From NCBI GenBank assembly GCA_951406725.2, contig OX597843.1, positions 5,704,001 through 5,768,000 of the forward strand: a DNA stretch of 64,000 bases. Direction: 5' to 3'. Every line of letters begins with the position of its first letter. Position 1 is the stretch's first letter. Below the pieces are notes generated by a model that saw nothing but the letters and a program-made list of their open reading frames with translations, was not told the origin of the DNA and did no database searches. Made by a program: the position numbers and the translations under genes. This DNA is from Octopus vulgaris. Taxonomy: Eukaryota. This document shows, piece by piece, positions 12,025 to 25,320 of this stretch.

Positions 12025-13721
12025 GTAAATAATATTTTCTTTTCTTCTTCTTTTTTTTCCCCTTTTTTGTTTTCTTTTCATTTTCCATTCTTACTTGGCT
12101 GTGTGGTAAGGAAGTTGGCTTTCCCAGTTGCATGGTTCCAGGTTCAGTCCCACTGCGTGGCATCTTAGGCAAATGTTTTCTAGCTTTGGGCTGACCAAAG
12201 CCTTGTGAATGGATTTGGTAGACAGGAACTGAAGGGCAGTGATCTGGCAGAAACGTTAGCACACCAGGCGAGATGCTTAGCGGTATTTCGTCTGCAGTTA
12301 CATTCTGAGTTCAAATTCCGCCGAGGTCGACTTTGCCTTTCATCCTTTCGGGGTTGATAAATTAAGTACCAGTTACACACTGGGGTCGGTGTAACCAACT
12401 TAATCCTTTGTCTGTCCCCTCTGTGTTTAGCCCCTTGTGGGTAGTAAAGAAATAAGAAACTGAAAGAAGCCCATTGTACATATTATATATATATATGTGT
12501 GTGTGTGTGTGTATAGATATATATATTACATTGACCCCCAATATTTCACTGGTACTTAATTTATCGACCCTGAAAGGATGAAAGGCAAAGTCAACCTCGG
12601 CGGAATTTGAACTCACAATGTAGTGGCAGACAAAATGCTGCTGAGCATTTCACCCGGCATCTTAACGATTTTGCCAGTACGCTGCCTTAATAATAATAAT
12701 AATTTGAAAGTTTGAAAGAAGGGCAGCCTTTTGGGAAAGGGGTTTTACAGCGTGTAAACAATATAAAAACCAAATTAAAACTCCAAATAGGGGAGGTGCT
12801 TTAAGGTCCTCATGGAAAACACCCACAAAATCCATGGGTGCCTGATCAATAGGGCAAGAGCCCTTCTTTTTTCTACAGGTGCATGCTCAGAATTAGTCCT
12901 TTCACACTGGCCATTCTTCCAACATTCACCCACCTTTAATAATAATAATAATAATAAATGCCCCGATGCAGTACCAGGCAGTGGCTCTCATGGCTTCTGA
13001 TCTTAACTGATTGCAAGTGTTATCATGTACATTGTTTTGTCTTGGTATAAAAGATGGGTTTTACAGCAAATATTCTGCTCAATACCACAGATTTGCTTGT
13101 CAGTTGTTTGACGTTAACCAGTTGAGCATGTCCCTTAGTGGCTGACGATATGTGCATCTCTGATCACAAGCAGAAGTAGTGGGGGAAAATCATAGCCATG
13201 TGATGAGAGGAATTCTTTGGGGTTTGGATAATTCACCTTTGGAAACATGGGTGGTTCGTTCTACATCCTTAAACAACCCTTATTCAGGAACCTTTTGAGC
13301 GGGATGGGCTACTCAACCAGAAGAAAATTCTAACTGGGCCCCACCTGCAAGGTCATGCGCTGTTTATCTTGATATAAGATCACCATGTCGCACACATATG
13401 GTTGTGATGCATGCGCCTGGTGTACCCTTATCAGACGGGTAGTCATGATGGGTATATTGGGCTTCGTATATTTGTACCCCAGTGTCACTTTGATGGCATG
13501 CACTGCTCTCTCACTCAATAATAATAATAAGAATAATAATGATTAATAATTAATGATGATAATAGTAAAGAATGGCATTTTTATTTATTCTTTTGCTTTC
13601 TTCTAGACTCTGTTCTTTGTGCTATGAATAGTGTGAGGTGTATACATGTATATATATATGTGTGTGTGTTGGTAGGATGAGGAAAATATACACAAGGGAT
13701 GATTACTGACATTGAGAACAA

Positions 13722-14125
13722 CTGTGGTGGGTGGTGGGAGTTGCTGTAGTGAGGGTGGTGGTGGTGGTGATAGTAGCTTTTGTAGTGGTAGTAGTAGTAG
13801 ATGTTGTAGTGCTGGCGATGGTGGTAGTGGTTGTAGTTGTGCTGGTGGTTGTAGTAGTAGTAGATGTAGTAGTGTTGGTGGCAGTGGTAGTTGTGGTGGT
13901 GATAGTAGTGCTAGTTGTAGATGTTGTAGTTATAGTGGTGTTGCTGGTTGTAATAGTGGTAGTAGTAGATGTAGCTGTGGTGGTGATAGTAGGAGATGTA
14001 GTTGTGGTGGTAGTAGACGTAGTAGTGGCGGTGGTTGTAGTTTTTGCAGTTGTGGTGGTAGTGCTGCTGCTACTGGTTGTGATAGTAGCGGTGGTGGGGA
14101 TGGCTGTGTGGGTGGTAGTGGCATG
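13722..14125. repeat. Imperfect (GTA/GTG/GTT)n trinucleotide microsatellite
   Basis: Low-complexity GT-rich triplets that produce the poly-Thr and poly-Val ORFs. Confidence 0.9.
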
Positions 14126-14424
14126 TTGCAGTGATGGGCATGGATAGACCGATAAGAGGGTCATGCAGCAGCTAGCTACCTTCCCCTCCACCTCCCTCAC
14201 CCATAACTCATTAGCCAAGCATGGTAACCATAGCAACAAACACACACACAAGAACAAAAACACAAACAGTTACGGTTGTCATGGTGATTGCGCATTGGGT
14301 AGTGGTCAGCTAGATTTTGTTGGTGTTGTTTAGCCCTGGGTCAGACCTGATCCAGCTGTCCTATGATTCCAACCATGACCATAATGTACAAGGAACTCAG
14401 AAACACATTCTTTGCCATTTTTAA

Positions 14425-16870
14425 GACAATAAGGTGTGATTTGAGGGAGATTTGGCTGCTATTTCTGCCAGCTCTAGCTACCATATACAGGTCTCCCTTG
14501 GCTCATACATACATAAGACACTAAGGTGTGATTTGAGGGAGATTTGGCTGCTATTTCTGCCAGCTCTAGCTACCATATACAGGTCTCCCTTGGCTCATAC
14601 ATAAGACAATAAGGTGTGATTTGGCTGCTATTTCTGCCAGCTCTAGCTACCATATACAGGTCTCCTTGGCTCATACATACATAAGACACTAAGGTGTGAT
14701 TTGAGGGAGATTTGGCTGCTATTTCTGCCAGCTCTAGCTACCATATACAGGTCTCCCTTGGCTCATACATAAGACAATAAGGTGTGATTTGGCTGCTATT
14801 TCTGCCAGCTCTAGCTACCATATACAGGTCTCCCTTGGCTCATACATACATAAGACACTAAGGTGTGATTTGAGGGAGATTTGGCTGCTATTTCTGCCAG
14901 CTCTAGCTACCATATACAGGTCTCCCTTGGCTCATACATACATAAGACAATAAGGTGTGATTTGGCTGCTATTTCTGCCAGCTCTAGCTACCATATACAG
15001 GTCTCCCTTGGCTCATACATACATAAGACACTAAGGTGTGATTTGAGGGAGATTTGGCTGCTATTTCTGCCAGCTCTATCTACATTATACAGGTCTCCCT
15101 TGGCTCATACATACATAAGACAATAAGGTGTGATTTGAGGGAGATTTGGCTGCTATTTCTGCCAGCTCTATCTACCTTATACAGGTCTCCCTTGGCTCAT
15201 ACATACATAAGACACTAAGGTGTGATTTGGGGGAGATTTGGCTGCTATTTCTGCCAGCTCTAGCTACCTTATACAGGTCTCCCTTGGCTCATACATACAT
15301 AAGACAATAAGGTGTGATTTGAGGGAGATTTGGCTGCTATTTCTGCCAGCTCTAGCTACCATATACAGGTCTCCCTTGGCTCATACATACATAAGACACT
15401 AAGGTGTGATTTGTGGAAGATTTGGCTGCTATTTCTGCCAGCTCTAGCTACCATATACAGGTCTCCCTTGGCTCATACATACATAAGACAATAAGGTGTG
15501 ATTTGGCTGCTATTTCTGCCAGCTCTAGCTACCATATACAGGTCTCCCTTGGCTCATACATACATAAGACACTAAGGTGTGATTTGGGGGAGATTTGGCT
15601 GCTATTTCTGCCAGCTCTAGCTACCATATACAGGTCTCCCTTGGCTCATACATACATAAGACAATTTTGTGTGATTTGAGGGAGATTTGGCTGCTATTTC
15701 TGCCAGCTCTAGCTACCATATACAGGTCTCCCTTGGCTCATACATACATAAGACACTAAGGTGTGATTTGAGGGAGATTTGGCTGCTATTTCTGCCAGCT
15801 CTAGCTACCATATACAGGTCTCCCTTGGCTCATACATACATAAGACAATAAGGTGTGATTTGGCTGCTATTTCTGCCAGCTCTAGCTACCATATACAGGT
15901 CTCCCTTGGCTCATACATACATAAGACACTAAGGTGTGATTTGAGGAAGATTTGGTTGCTATTTCTACCTGGCCAATCTACAATCTACATATATACATAC
16001 ATCAGAGAGTAGGATGTGATTTGGCTGCTATTTCTACCAGGCCTAGCTACCATGTAGATGTCGCCTTATTAGCTCATATCTACATATATACATATGTAAG
16101 ACAGCAGGGTGGGATCAGAGGGAGATTTAACTACTATTTCTGGCAGGTCTAGCTATCATGTTGTGGTCTCCTTCATACATACACAAGCCAATGGGGCATG
16201 ATTTGAGGGGGACTTGGCTGCTATTGCTATGGAATATAGTCACCATGTAGAGGTCTTCGTCATTGGTTCATACATACATAAACATAGATAAGACAGTAGG
16301 GTGTGATTTGAGGGAGATTTGGCTGCTATTTCTACCAGGTCTAGCTACTATTTAGAGACTTCTCTCACTGATTCATACATAAAACAGTGAGGTGTGAGTT
16401 GGCTGGTATTTTCACCATGTGTAGCTACATGTAGGGGTCTCTCTTGTTGGCTCACACATACATTAGATGACGAAGTGTGATTTGAGGGAGATTTAGCTGC
16501 AATTTCTACAAGGTCTAGCTACCATGTAGAGGCTTCCTTCATTGGCTCATACATACATATACACAAACATAGGACTGTATGGTGTGATTTGAAGGAGATT
16601 TGGCTGCTGTTTCTCCCAGGTCTGGCTACCAAGTAGAGATCTCCCTTGTTGATTAGAAAGTAGGATGTGATTTGAGGGAGATTTGGCTGCACTTTCTACC
16701 AGGTCTAGCTACCCTCATTAGCTCATACATACATAAGACTGTACAGTGTAATTTGAGGAAGATTTGACTGCTGTTTCTACCAAGTAGACATCTCCCTCAT
16801 TGGTCCATATACGCATACATTTGACATAGGGCGTGATTCGAGGGAGATTTGGCCATCACTTCTAGCAGGT
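14425..16870. repeat. Minisatellite of 80-92 bp units (about 17 homogeneous copies to 15960, then degenerate)
   Basis: Unit AAGGTGTGATTT(GAGGGAGATTT)GGCTGCTATTTCTGCCAGCTCTAGCTACCATATACAGGTCTCCCTTGGCTCATACATACATAAGACA(A/C)T. Confidence 0.93.
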
Positions 16871-18774
16871 CGTGTTGCAACATGTAGGCATGGTGTTTGT
16901 TTGTTTTGTATGATTTCAAAGTAGCACTCAATAACTCTGACTAAGATCAAAGTGGAATATCTGGTCTTTCCAGCTTCATATCAAATAAGGATCCTATTTC
17001 AGTCCATTGACATGAAATGGATTTTTTTTTAATGAGTTATGATGAAAGCAATGAGCTGGAAGAATGACCTGCCTATCACTTTACAGGGTGGAGTCAGTGC
17101 TTTTCACATTCTACCAACAACATCATCATCATCATAGTCGTCGTCATCACCATTTAACATGTTTTCTTGCTTCATTTCTACATCTGGGTGCCCTGCTGGT
17201 CAAGAATTTGGACCTGGAGATCTCCAATTCCAGCGACTTTGAGGGGCCACCTCCCAGTGGTATTGGGCGTCAGCGAAGAGCCCTCAACCTATAAGACGAC
17301 CAAAGTTTTGTTTTTTTTCCAAGGTCTGGGGTCTCCCGTCTCTAAGCCCTGGACCATCACCTAATCACCCTTACCTGTCTTGTGGCTTAACAAAAACAAC
17401 AACAGTTGGGTGCCCTTCCTAATGCCAACCACTTTAAAGAATGGATTAGGTGGGGGTTTTTTTTACATTGTACCAGCACAATCATCATCATCATACATCT
17501 GTTTTCCATGCTGGCATGTGTCAGATGGCTTGACAGGGCAGCGGACTCGTGGTCGGAGGATCGCAGTCTCAATTCCCAGTGTGTGTTTATTGAGCGAAAA
17601 CACACTAAAACTTCCACGAGGCTATGGCGACCCCTGTTGTACTCTTTCGCCACAACTTTCTCTCTTCCTGTTTCTTGAGTAACGCTGCGATGGATTGGCG
17701 TCCCGTCCAGCTGGGGGGAACACATACGCCACAGAAACCGGGAAACCGGGCCAATGAGCCTGGCTAGGTTTGAAAAGGGTGAAAAAGAAAAAAGAATGTC
17801 AGTATGTACGTGTGGTGAATTTTTGGAGGCTTGGTTAGAGAAAGTATGTTGAATAAAATAATTAACTGATGTTCTTGTATTTTCTTTTATCCAAAGCCAG
17901 GAACTTTCCAGCAACCCTTTGTATATGATAAGCGATGAATTCAGGTCATTTAGGGATTGTTACTGGCAATAATAATCTGGTAAAGAAAGATGTGACCCTC
18001 TAGTCCCTATTTGTGAAATAAACTCACACACCCTCATGCTCGTGGTCTTTCTTAATATTCTTTTACTTGTTTCAGTCATTTGACTGTGGCCATGCTGGAG
18101 CACCACCTTTAGTTGACCAAGTTGACCCCAGGATTTTTCTTTGTAAGCTTAGTACTTATTCTATCAGTCTCTTTTGCTGAACCGATAAGTTACGGGGACG
18201 TAAACACACCAGCATCAGTTGTCGAGCGATGTTGGGGGGACAAACACAGACACACAAACATATACATACATACATACATATATATATATTGCCGGTGGCA
18301 CGTAAAAAAGCACCATCCGATCGTGGCCGTTTGCCAGCCTCGCCTGGCACCTGTGCAGGTGGCACATAAAAAGCACCCACTACACTCTCAGAGTGGTTGG
18401 CGTTAGGAAGGGCATCCCGCTGTAGAAACACTGCCAGATCAGACTGGAGCCTGGTGCAGCCTCCTGGCTTCCCAGACCCCATTTGAACCGTCCAACCCAT
18501 GCTAGCATGGAAAGCGGACGTTAAATGATGATAATATATAAATATATACGATGGGCTTCTTTTCAGTTTCTGTCTACCAAATCCACTCACATAGCTTTGG
18601 TCGGCCCGAGGCTATAGCAGAAGACACTTGCCCAAAGTGGGAGTGAACCCAGAACCATGTGGTTGGTAAGCAAGCTACTTACCACACACCCACTCCTGCA
18701 CCTAATCTATACCTTTGTGTTTGGTTTTTGTTATCTCCAAACCAATTTCTGAACTATTCATCTTTTCCTTTCAG

Positions 18775-18899
18775 GGATGTCATTTGTCTCGCACTAATCG
18801 ATGCCTTCACTTGCATCATGGCCGGCTTTGCCATATTCTCCATCTTGGGTGCGTTAGCTGTGTCCCAGGGCAAAACGGTGGAAGATGTTGTGACTGAAG
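18775..18899 (+). CDS. ine: SLC6 ine-like exon (TM7)
   Basis: 125 nt, tcag/gtaagt. Encodes DVICLALIDAFTCIMAGFAIFSILGALAVSQGKTVEDVVTE. Confidence 0.94.
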
Positions 18900-19082
18900 G
18901 TAAGTTTAGCTTCACTCTTAACTTCGTAAGTGATGCAGAATTTGCACGAGTTGGCCAGTCCTAAAACGCATGATATCACAAGAACCATACTAACCTTGAA
19001 CACATTTATTTCTGACTTCAAGTAAGACACTGCTTACCACTAGTCAAAATGTCACAGTTCTATGTAAATTTCACATTTTGAA

Positions 19083-19653
19083 TTAACCCTTTCCTTACTG
19101 TATTTATTTTGAGATGCTCTGACTTTCTTTCAATTAATTTTAAATATAACAAAGAATTTAGTAAAATAATTTAGTTATCATTCAGCTAGTGTTAGGAACA
19201 TAAATTGTGACTAAGGTTTGGTGGAAGATTTTAATTCAAAACTTATGAAAACAAGACATTTATACTACAGAGCCAGAGGTGGTTTCAACCAGGTTGGTAA
19301 CGAAAGGGTTAAGAATTGTTTCTCTATTATATATCTTAACCCTTTTGTTACCATATTTCTTCTGTTGAGATGCTCTGTGTTTCTTTCAATTAATTTTAAA
19401 TATAACAAAGAATTTAGTACAATAACTTAGTTATCATTCAGCTAGTGTTAGGAACATAAATTGTGACTAAGGTTTGGTGGAAGATTTTAATTCAAAACTT
19501 ATGAAAACAAGACATTTGTACTACAGAGCCAGAGGTGGTATCAAAAGGTTGAAGATGACCAGATGGTCTTCATCACTTCAAAAGATAAGCATACAAGGAG
19601 GGCAGGGTTCAAATCACAGGTGGTTTCAACTAGGTTGGTATCAAAAGGGTTAA
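19083..19653. mobile_element. Second array of the same TTAA MITE
   Basis: Same internal sequence, termini and spacer as 305-1548. Confidence 0.78.
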
Positions 19654-19786
19654 TCTGCACACATTTCATGGTTATATAGTTTTCAACAGACTACACATTT
19701 CACACAACTAATATCAAACTGATTTTTCTTCCCACTCACATTTCATGCCTATATTTACCATGGATTTCTTTTCTCCTCTTTCGCAG

Positions 19787-19899
19787 GGCCTGGTCTCGTG
19801 TTTATCATTTATCCGCAAGCTTTCTCAGAAATGCCAGTGGCACAGCTGTTTGCGTTCTTGTTCTTCCTCATGCTCATCTGCCTTGGGATCGACAGCCAG
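19787..19899 (+). CDS. ine: SLC6 ine-like exon (EL4-TM8)
   Basis: 113 nt, gcag/gtaggg. Encodes [38 protein letters not shown], with the GPGL motif and the Na2-site DS. Confidence 0.95.
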
Positions 19900-20036
19900 G
19901 TAGGGATTAGGGGATCGCTTATGGACCCACCGTTAGGAAAATGTTTTCGGGCCACTGATGGGCGCTGTTTTTACAGGGGTCCATCCAGTTGCCGTTTAAT
20001 TCCTCCTTTCTATCTGCCTGTCTGTCTATCCTACAG

Positions 20037-20177
20037 TTCGCTGGTGTCGAGGTGGTCGTCACGGCCCTACAAGATCATTTTGCCCCCCAAATCAAGAAAT
20101 ACCTGAAAAGGAAGGAACTTCTCGTCCTTCTCGTTTGTCTGCTTTCCTTTCTTGGTGGACTTCCGAATGTCACTCAG
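20037..20177 (+). CDS. ine: SLC6 ine-like exon (TM8-TM9)
   Basis: 141 nt, acag/gtgagt. Encodes [47 protein letters not shown]. Confidence 0.94.
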
Positions 20178-21039
20178 GTGAGTGTGAACCCCAATTTTCT
20201 ACCACCTATTTCTCCTCATCATTATCATCATTCTTGTCTTTCAACCCTTTTGTTGCCATTTCTGTTGAAGCATTCTTCAATTTTTTTTTCTGTATGTAAG
20301 CAAATGGATATGAAAATAAACAGATCAACATAGAGACGGATAGGTACGTAGGTTACAAGAACAGATACATATGGAGACTGAAACACATGACCATATATAC
20401 ACACACACACTCACTTTACTCCACACAAGGACACATATGGAGATACGGGTCCACACATATAGAGATGCACATCCATACATACAAACATGGTACATAGTTG
20501 CATAACACACACACAGACATGCTCACACAAGGAGACAGAGGTGCACACATATACAAACACACGCTCACACACACATACATAGAAAATACACAAACACAGA
20601 CATGCAAGCACATGAATATACAGGATACGTACATACAGATGCCCACACATATACATATGCATACACACACATATATACATACATACACACACATACATAG
20701 AAAATACACAAGCCCGGACATGCAGGATACGTACATACATACGCATACACACACATACATACGTACATGCATGCATGTATATGCACATACACACACTGAC
20801 CCACAAACAAACAAAAGGGAACACAGTGTAAATAAGGGACAGAGTCTTGACTATTGAAAAGGTTGCAAGACGCAACGAAAATTTTAGGGAAATAAAAATA
20901 AGAAATAAGTGGAAATTTTACCAGTGAGTCTGTTAAATTATATAAGGCACAAAAAGAAAATTACTCTCCCCAGACACAACAGAATATGTTTCGATTCTTT
21001 TACACGTTTCAACCCTAAAGTTGTGGCCATGCTGGAGCA

Positions 21040-21270
21040 CCGCCAAAGTCATCATCCTTTCAATGGCTAATCTTATGAGATTGGCTTTTTTGTGAAGAAG
21101 GGAGTTCAACACTACTGCCCTCTTTTGGAAACTTCTGCATTGATATTGGTTCGTCTGGGACCCTGGATAGGGGGTCAAATTGTTTCTTGAAAGCATCTGC
21201 CCATACTCCATGAAGATCCCTCAGATATTTTGGCAAGGCGTCAAATAGCTGTGGGCCCTTGAATCCCAAG
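21040..21270 (-). mobile_element. CR1/L2-type LINE 3' fragment
   Basis: GFKGPQLFDALPKYLRDLHG..FKKQFD..LSRVPDEP resembles a LINE ORF2 C-terminus. Confidence 0.6.
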
Positions 21271-21309
21271 TCACATGGTTTTCACTCTGGATGGAATAAC
21301 TGGGACCTC

Positions 21310-22270
21310 TAGAACAGGGCACCTCCACCGTTGCTGATGTTGTTGGTCTGTCATAGGGGTCAGTGTAGACAGTCCTGTTTGAATTGAACATGGGGTGTGT
21401 GTCTGCCAAGTTTATCCTCATCTGCTGACCACTGAGTAGAAAGAACGGGCGAAATGCTTAGCAGTATTTCGTCTGCCGTTACGATCTGAGTTCAAATTCC
21501 ACCAAGGTCGATTTTGCCTTTCATCCTTTTGGGATCGATAAATTAAGTACCTATTTCTTTATTACCCACAAGGGGCTAAACACAGAGGGGACAAACAAGG
21601 ACAGACATAGATATTAAGTCGATTACATCGACCCCAGTGCGTAACTGGTACTTAATTTATCGACCCCTGAAAGGATGAAAGGCAAAGTCGACCTCGGCGG
21701 AATTTGAACTCACAACGTAACGCAGACGAAATACCGCTAAGCATTTAGCCCGGTGTGCTAACGTTTCTGCCAGCTCGCCGCCTTAAATTAAGTACCACTT
21801 ATGCACTGGGGTTGATGTAATTGACTTAATCCCTTTGTCGGTCCTTGTTTGTCCCCTCTGTGTGTAGCCCCTTGTGGGCAGTAAGGAAATAAGAAAGAAC
21901 TTCATGTTGAACTCTGTCGAGATCTCCGTCAGCATGCTGCTGATGACCCACCCTTCATGTCAAGGATCATCACCAGTGGCGAGAATTGGGTCTACAGGTA
22001 TGACCCTGAGATGAAGCAACAACCATCACAATGGAAGAGCCCTTCACCTCCACGACCAAAGATGGCATAACCATGCTGCAGCTCAATCAAGGGAATACTT
22101 GTCATTTTCTTTCTTTTTTTTGACCTCCATGGTTCTGTGTATCGAGAATTCGTCCGTGAGGCCCAGAAAGTCAATGAAGAGTTCTACTCCAACATTTCGA
22201 AGCTTTGAGGAAGAACATCCTTCGGCAGAGCAACCAGATCTGTGAAGTGCAAGGAATCGAATTCTTCACA
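21310..22270 (+). pseudogene. Degenerate mariner transposase fossil interrupted by a SINE
   Basis: Translates to ...ELNMGCVSAKF/PHLLTTE*KE [SINE] ...RIITSGENWVYRYDPEMKQQPSQWKSPSPPRPK...ILVIFF..DLHGSVYREF..QKVNEEFY. This matches the mariner IITGDETW/YDPE motifs, with stops and frameshifts. Confidence 0.8.
21447..21891. mobile_element. SINE family B composite insertion with 9-bp target-site duplication
   Basis: Belongs to the GAGTTCAAATTCC...GTCGACTTTGCCTTTCATCC family, also seen at 6.3-7.9, 12.2-12.7, 29.0-29.3 and 36.5-37.1 kb. Flanked by AGAAAGAAC at 21438-21446 and 21892-21900. Confidence 0.75.
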
Positions 22271-22711
22271 ACAGCAATGTACCCTGTTACTAAGCTCTCC
22301 TTAGTGACAGGGTACAGATGTCGGTGGGTTTGGGATTCACCATGTTGGTCGATAGCTTCTTTAACCTTTTCCATACCAACCCACATGAGACCACCCCCAA
22401 TGGTTCTATGATCTCCATTAAAATCTTCCATCAAAATGTCAAGTTGATTTATGTTCCAAACACCAGATTAATTAATTAATTAATGGCAAAGTTAATTTAA
22501 TAAATCCTTCCTTCTTTTCGAAAGTTCACATCAATTTCTGTTCCAGAGTAAGATGAGAAGGTCACCATCTGAACTGTCAGTGGTTTGTAAGGACCAGTAC
22601 TTATAGCAACTGTGAGGTTTTTCTGCAGAGGCCTTTATAAAACTTTCTTAATAACTGACCTATTGATGTGATGTTGTGGCTTTCAGCACTGTTCTTGTTA
22701 TATCTTTGCAG

Positions 22712-22811
22712 GGTGGTATTTACTTCTTCCAGTTAATCGACAGGTATGCCGCCGGGGTGTCTGTCATGTACCTGGCGTTCTTCGAAGTTATTGCTGTCAC
22801 CTGGTTCTATG
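22712..22811 (+). CDS. ine: SLC6 ine-like exon (TM10)
   Basis: 100 nt, gcag/gtaaga, absent from the ORF track. Encodes [33 protein letters not shown]. Confidence 0.94.
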
Positions 22812-23629
22812 GTAAGACCCTCACACACAATCTGTCAGCCTGTGCAAGAATGTGAATAGAAGAGACTAAAGAATTGGGTAGGATGGCACGAACAAGGGTA
22901 CCCAGCATAGAAACAATTCTACCAGATTGCTGCCTTCGTGATGATAGTGGTGGTGGTTTTAAATTTTATCACAAGGGCAGAAATTTTGGATGAAAGGAAT
23001 GAGTTGATTACATCGACACCCCAGTACACAACTGGTACTAAATTTATCGACCCAGAAAGGATGAAAGGCAAAGTCAACCTTGGCGGAATTTGAACTCAGA
23101 ATGTAGCGACAAAGTACTGCTAAGAATTTTGCCCACCTCACTGCCTTAATAATAATAATAATAATCTTTTCTGCTGTAGGCATGAGGCCTGAAATTTTGG
23201 GACGTAAACACACCAGCATCGGTTGTCAAGTGATGTGGGGGGAACAAACATATATACGACGGGCTTCTTTCAGTTTCCGTCTACCAAATCCACTCACAAG
23301 GCTTAGGTTGGCCCGAGGCTATAGCAGAAGACACTTGCCCAAGGTGCCACGCAGTGGGACTGAACCCGGAACCATGTGGTTAGTAAGCAAGCTACTTACC
23401 ACACAGATAATAATAATTCTTTTTTTTATTAGCACAAGGCCTGAAATTTCATGGATGGGGGCCAGTCAATTACATCGACCCCTTTACTCAACTGGTCCTT
23501 ACTTTATCGACTCTGAAAGGCAAAGTCAACATTGGCAGAATTTGAACTCAGAACATTTATGATGGTCAGAATACTTGACAGCATTTTGTCCCACGTGCTG
23601 TATTCTGTTGGCTCACCTGCAAAATTCTG

Positions 23630-25320
23630 GATTAGAAGTTCTCAACCATTTATTTTTATCTATGGACCCCTTTGATTAGTGTTTGATCCTGGTTGACCCC
23701 CATGGCCATTTGTTGCTTAAAAACTAGTTTTATAGAAACTCCTTTCAAAATTCCTTTTTGTTTATCACACATTCCTTTGTGTAGGTTGAACAATATAAAA
23801 CATGGTTCTCAACCATTCTTTATCTCTGGACCTCTTTTGATTACCATATTATTCTGGTGGAGCCCCATAGCCATTTGTTGTTTAACCCTTTAGTATTTAA
23901 ACTGGCCATATCTGGCCAAAATAGTTAATCTGTTTTATGTTCAAACTGACCAGATCCAGGCCCTCACACCTACCCTACAATGTTATTCTACATTAAGTAA
24001 TTACACCATCAAGATCTTGAAGATATGAGATAATGCATGATTAATTCAAATCAATGGGAATCAATAAGCATTATGTTTGATAGGATAATCTGAACACTAA
24101 AGGGTCAATATTTGTTTTCTAGAAACTTCTTTCGAAATTCCTATTTCGTTTCTCACACATTTCCTTGTTTAGGTCGAACCATGTAAAACATGGTTCTCAA
24201 CCATTGCTTTTTTTTTTCATCTATGGACCCATTTGATTAGTATTTTATTCTGGTTGACCCCTATGGCCATTTGTGGTTTAAAAACTAGTTTTCTAGAAAC
24301 TCCTTTTTGTTTTTCACACATTCCCTTGTTTAGGTCGAACCATGTAAAACGTGGTGCTCAACCAATTTTTTTTTTATCTATGGACCCATTTGATTATTGT
24401 TTTATTCTGGTGACCCCCCAACCACCAGTCAATGTTGAAAAACTAGTTTCATATTAACTTTCAAAATTCCTGTTCTGTTTGTCATACATTAACTTGAGCA
24501 GATTGGTTTATGTAAAACATGGTTCTCAACCATTTTCATTCTGGTGGACACCACCCCTGTAGCCATTCCATGTTGTAAAACTGGTTTCATATAAACTTCT
24601 TTCAAAATTCTGTTGTGTCTGGGGAGAGTCATTCTCTTTTTGCGCCTTATAATTTAACACAATCACCAGTAAAATTTCCACTTATTTTTATTTTCCTAAA
24701 ATTTTCGTTGCGTTTTGCAACATTTTCAAGAGTCTTGACTCTGTCCCTTATTTACCTTTCTTTCAAAATTTCTATTTTGTTTTTCACATTTTAACTTACA
24801 TAGATTGATCTATGTGGAAGCACTCCGTCGGTTACGACGACGAGGGTTCCGGTTGATCCAAATCAACGGAACAGCCTGCTCGTGAAATTAACGTGTAAGT
24901 GGCTGAGCACTCCACAGACACGTGTACCCTTAACGTAGTTCTCGGGGATATTCAGCGTGACACAGAGAGTGACAAGGCCAGCCCTTTGAAATACAAGTAC
25001 AACAGAAACAGGAAGTAAGAGTGAGAGAAAGTTGTGGTGAAAGAGTACAGCAGGGATCACCACCATCCTCTGCCGGAGCCTCAGGTGTTTTCGCTCAATA
25101 AACACTCACAACGCCTGGTCTGGGAATCGAAACCGCAATCTTATGACCATGAGTCCGCTGCCCTAACCACTGGGCCATTGCGCCTCCAGATTGATCTATG
25201 TAAAACGTGGTTCTCAACCATTTTCAATTTGGTGGACCTCCACAGCCATTCAATGTTGAAAAACTAGTTTTATAGAAACTTCTTTCAAAATTCCCACATT
25301 CCCTTGTGTAGGGTGAATTA
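23630..25320. repeat. Degenerate tandem copies of a roughly 170-bp GGTTCTCAACCATT repeat
   Basis: Repeated CATGGTTCTCAACCATT...TATGGACCC...AAAACTAGTTT...TTCAAAATTCC, interrupted by other TEs. Inverted copies lie at about 60690-60950. Confidence 0.65.

Noticed and set aside
13703-14263. 186-aa Thr-rich, mucin-like ORF with a signal-like start, and overlapping Val and Gly/Ser ORFs
   Set aside because: These are translations of an intronic trinucleotide microsatellite that is open in several frames on both strands.
14425-15960. CRISPR-like regular repeats (also 26575-28065 and 305-1548)
   Set aside because: There are no unique spacers and no cas genes, and the context is a eukaryotic intron. 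They are tandem satellites.
20411-20875. Cys/Val/Tyr- and His/Thr-rich ORFs
   Set aside because: They derive from (CA/TA)n low-complexity sequence.
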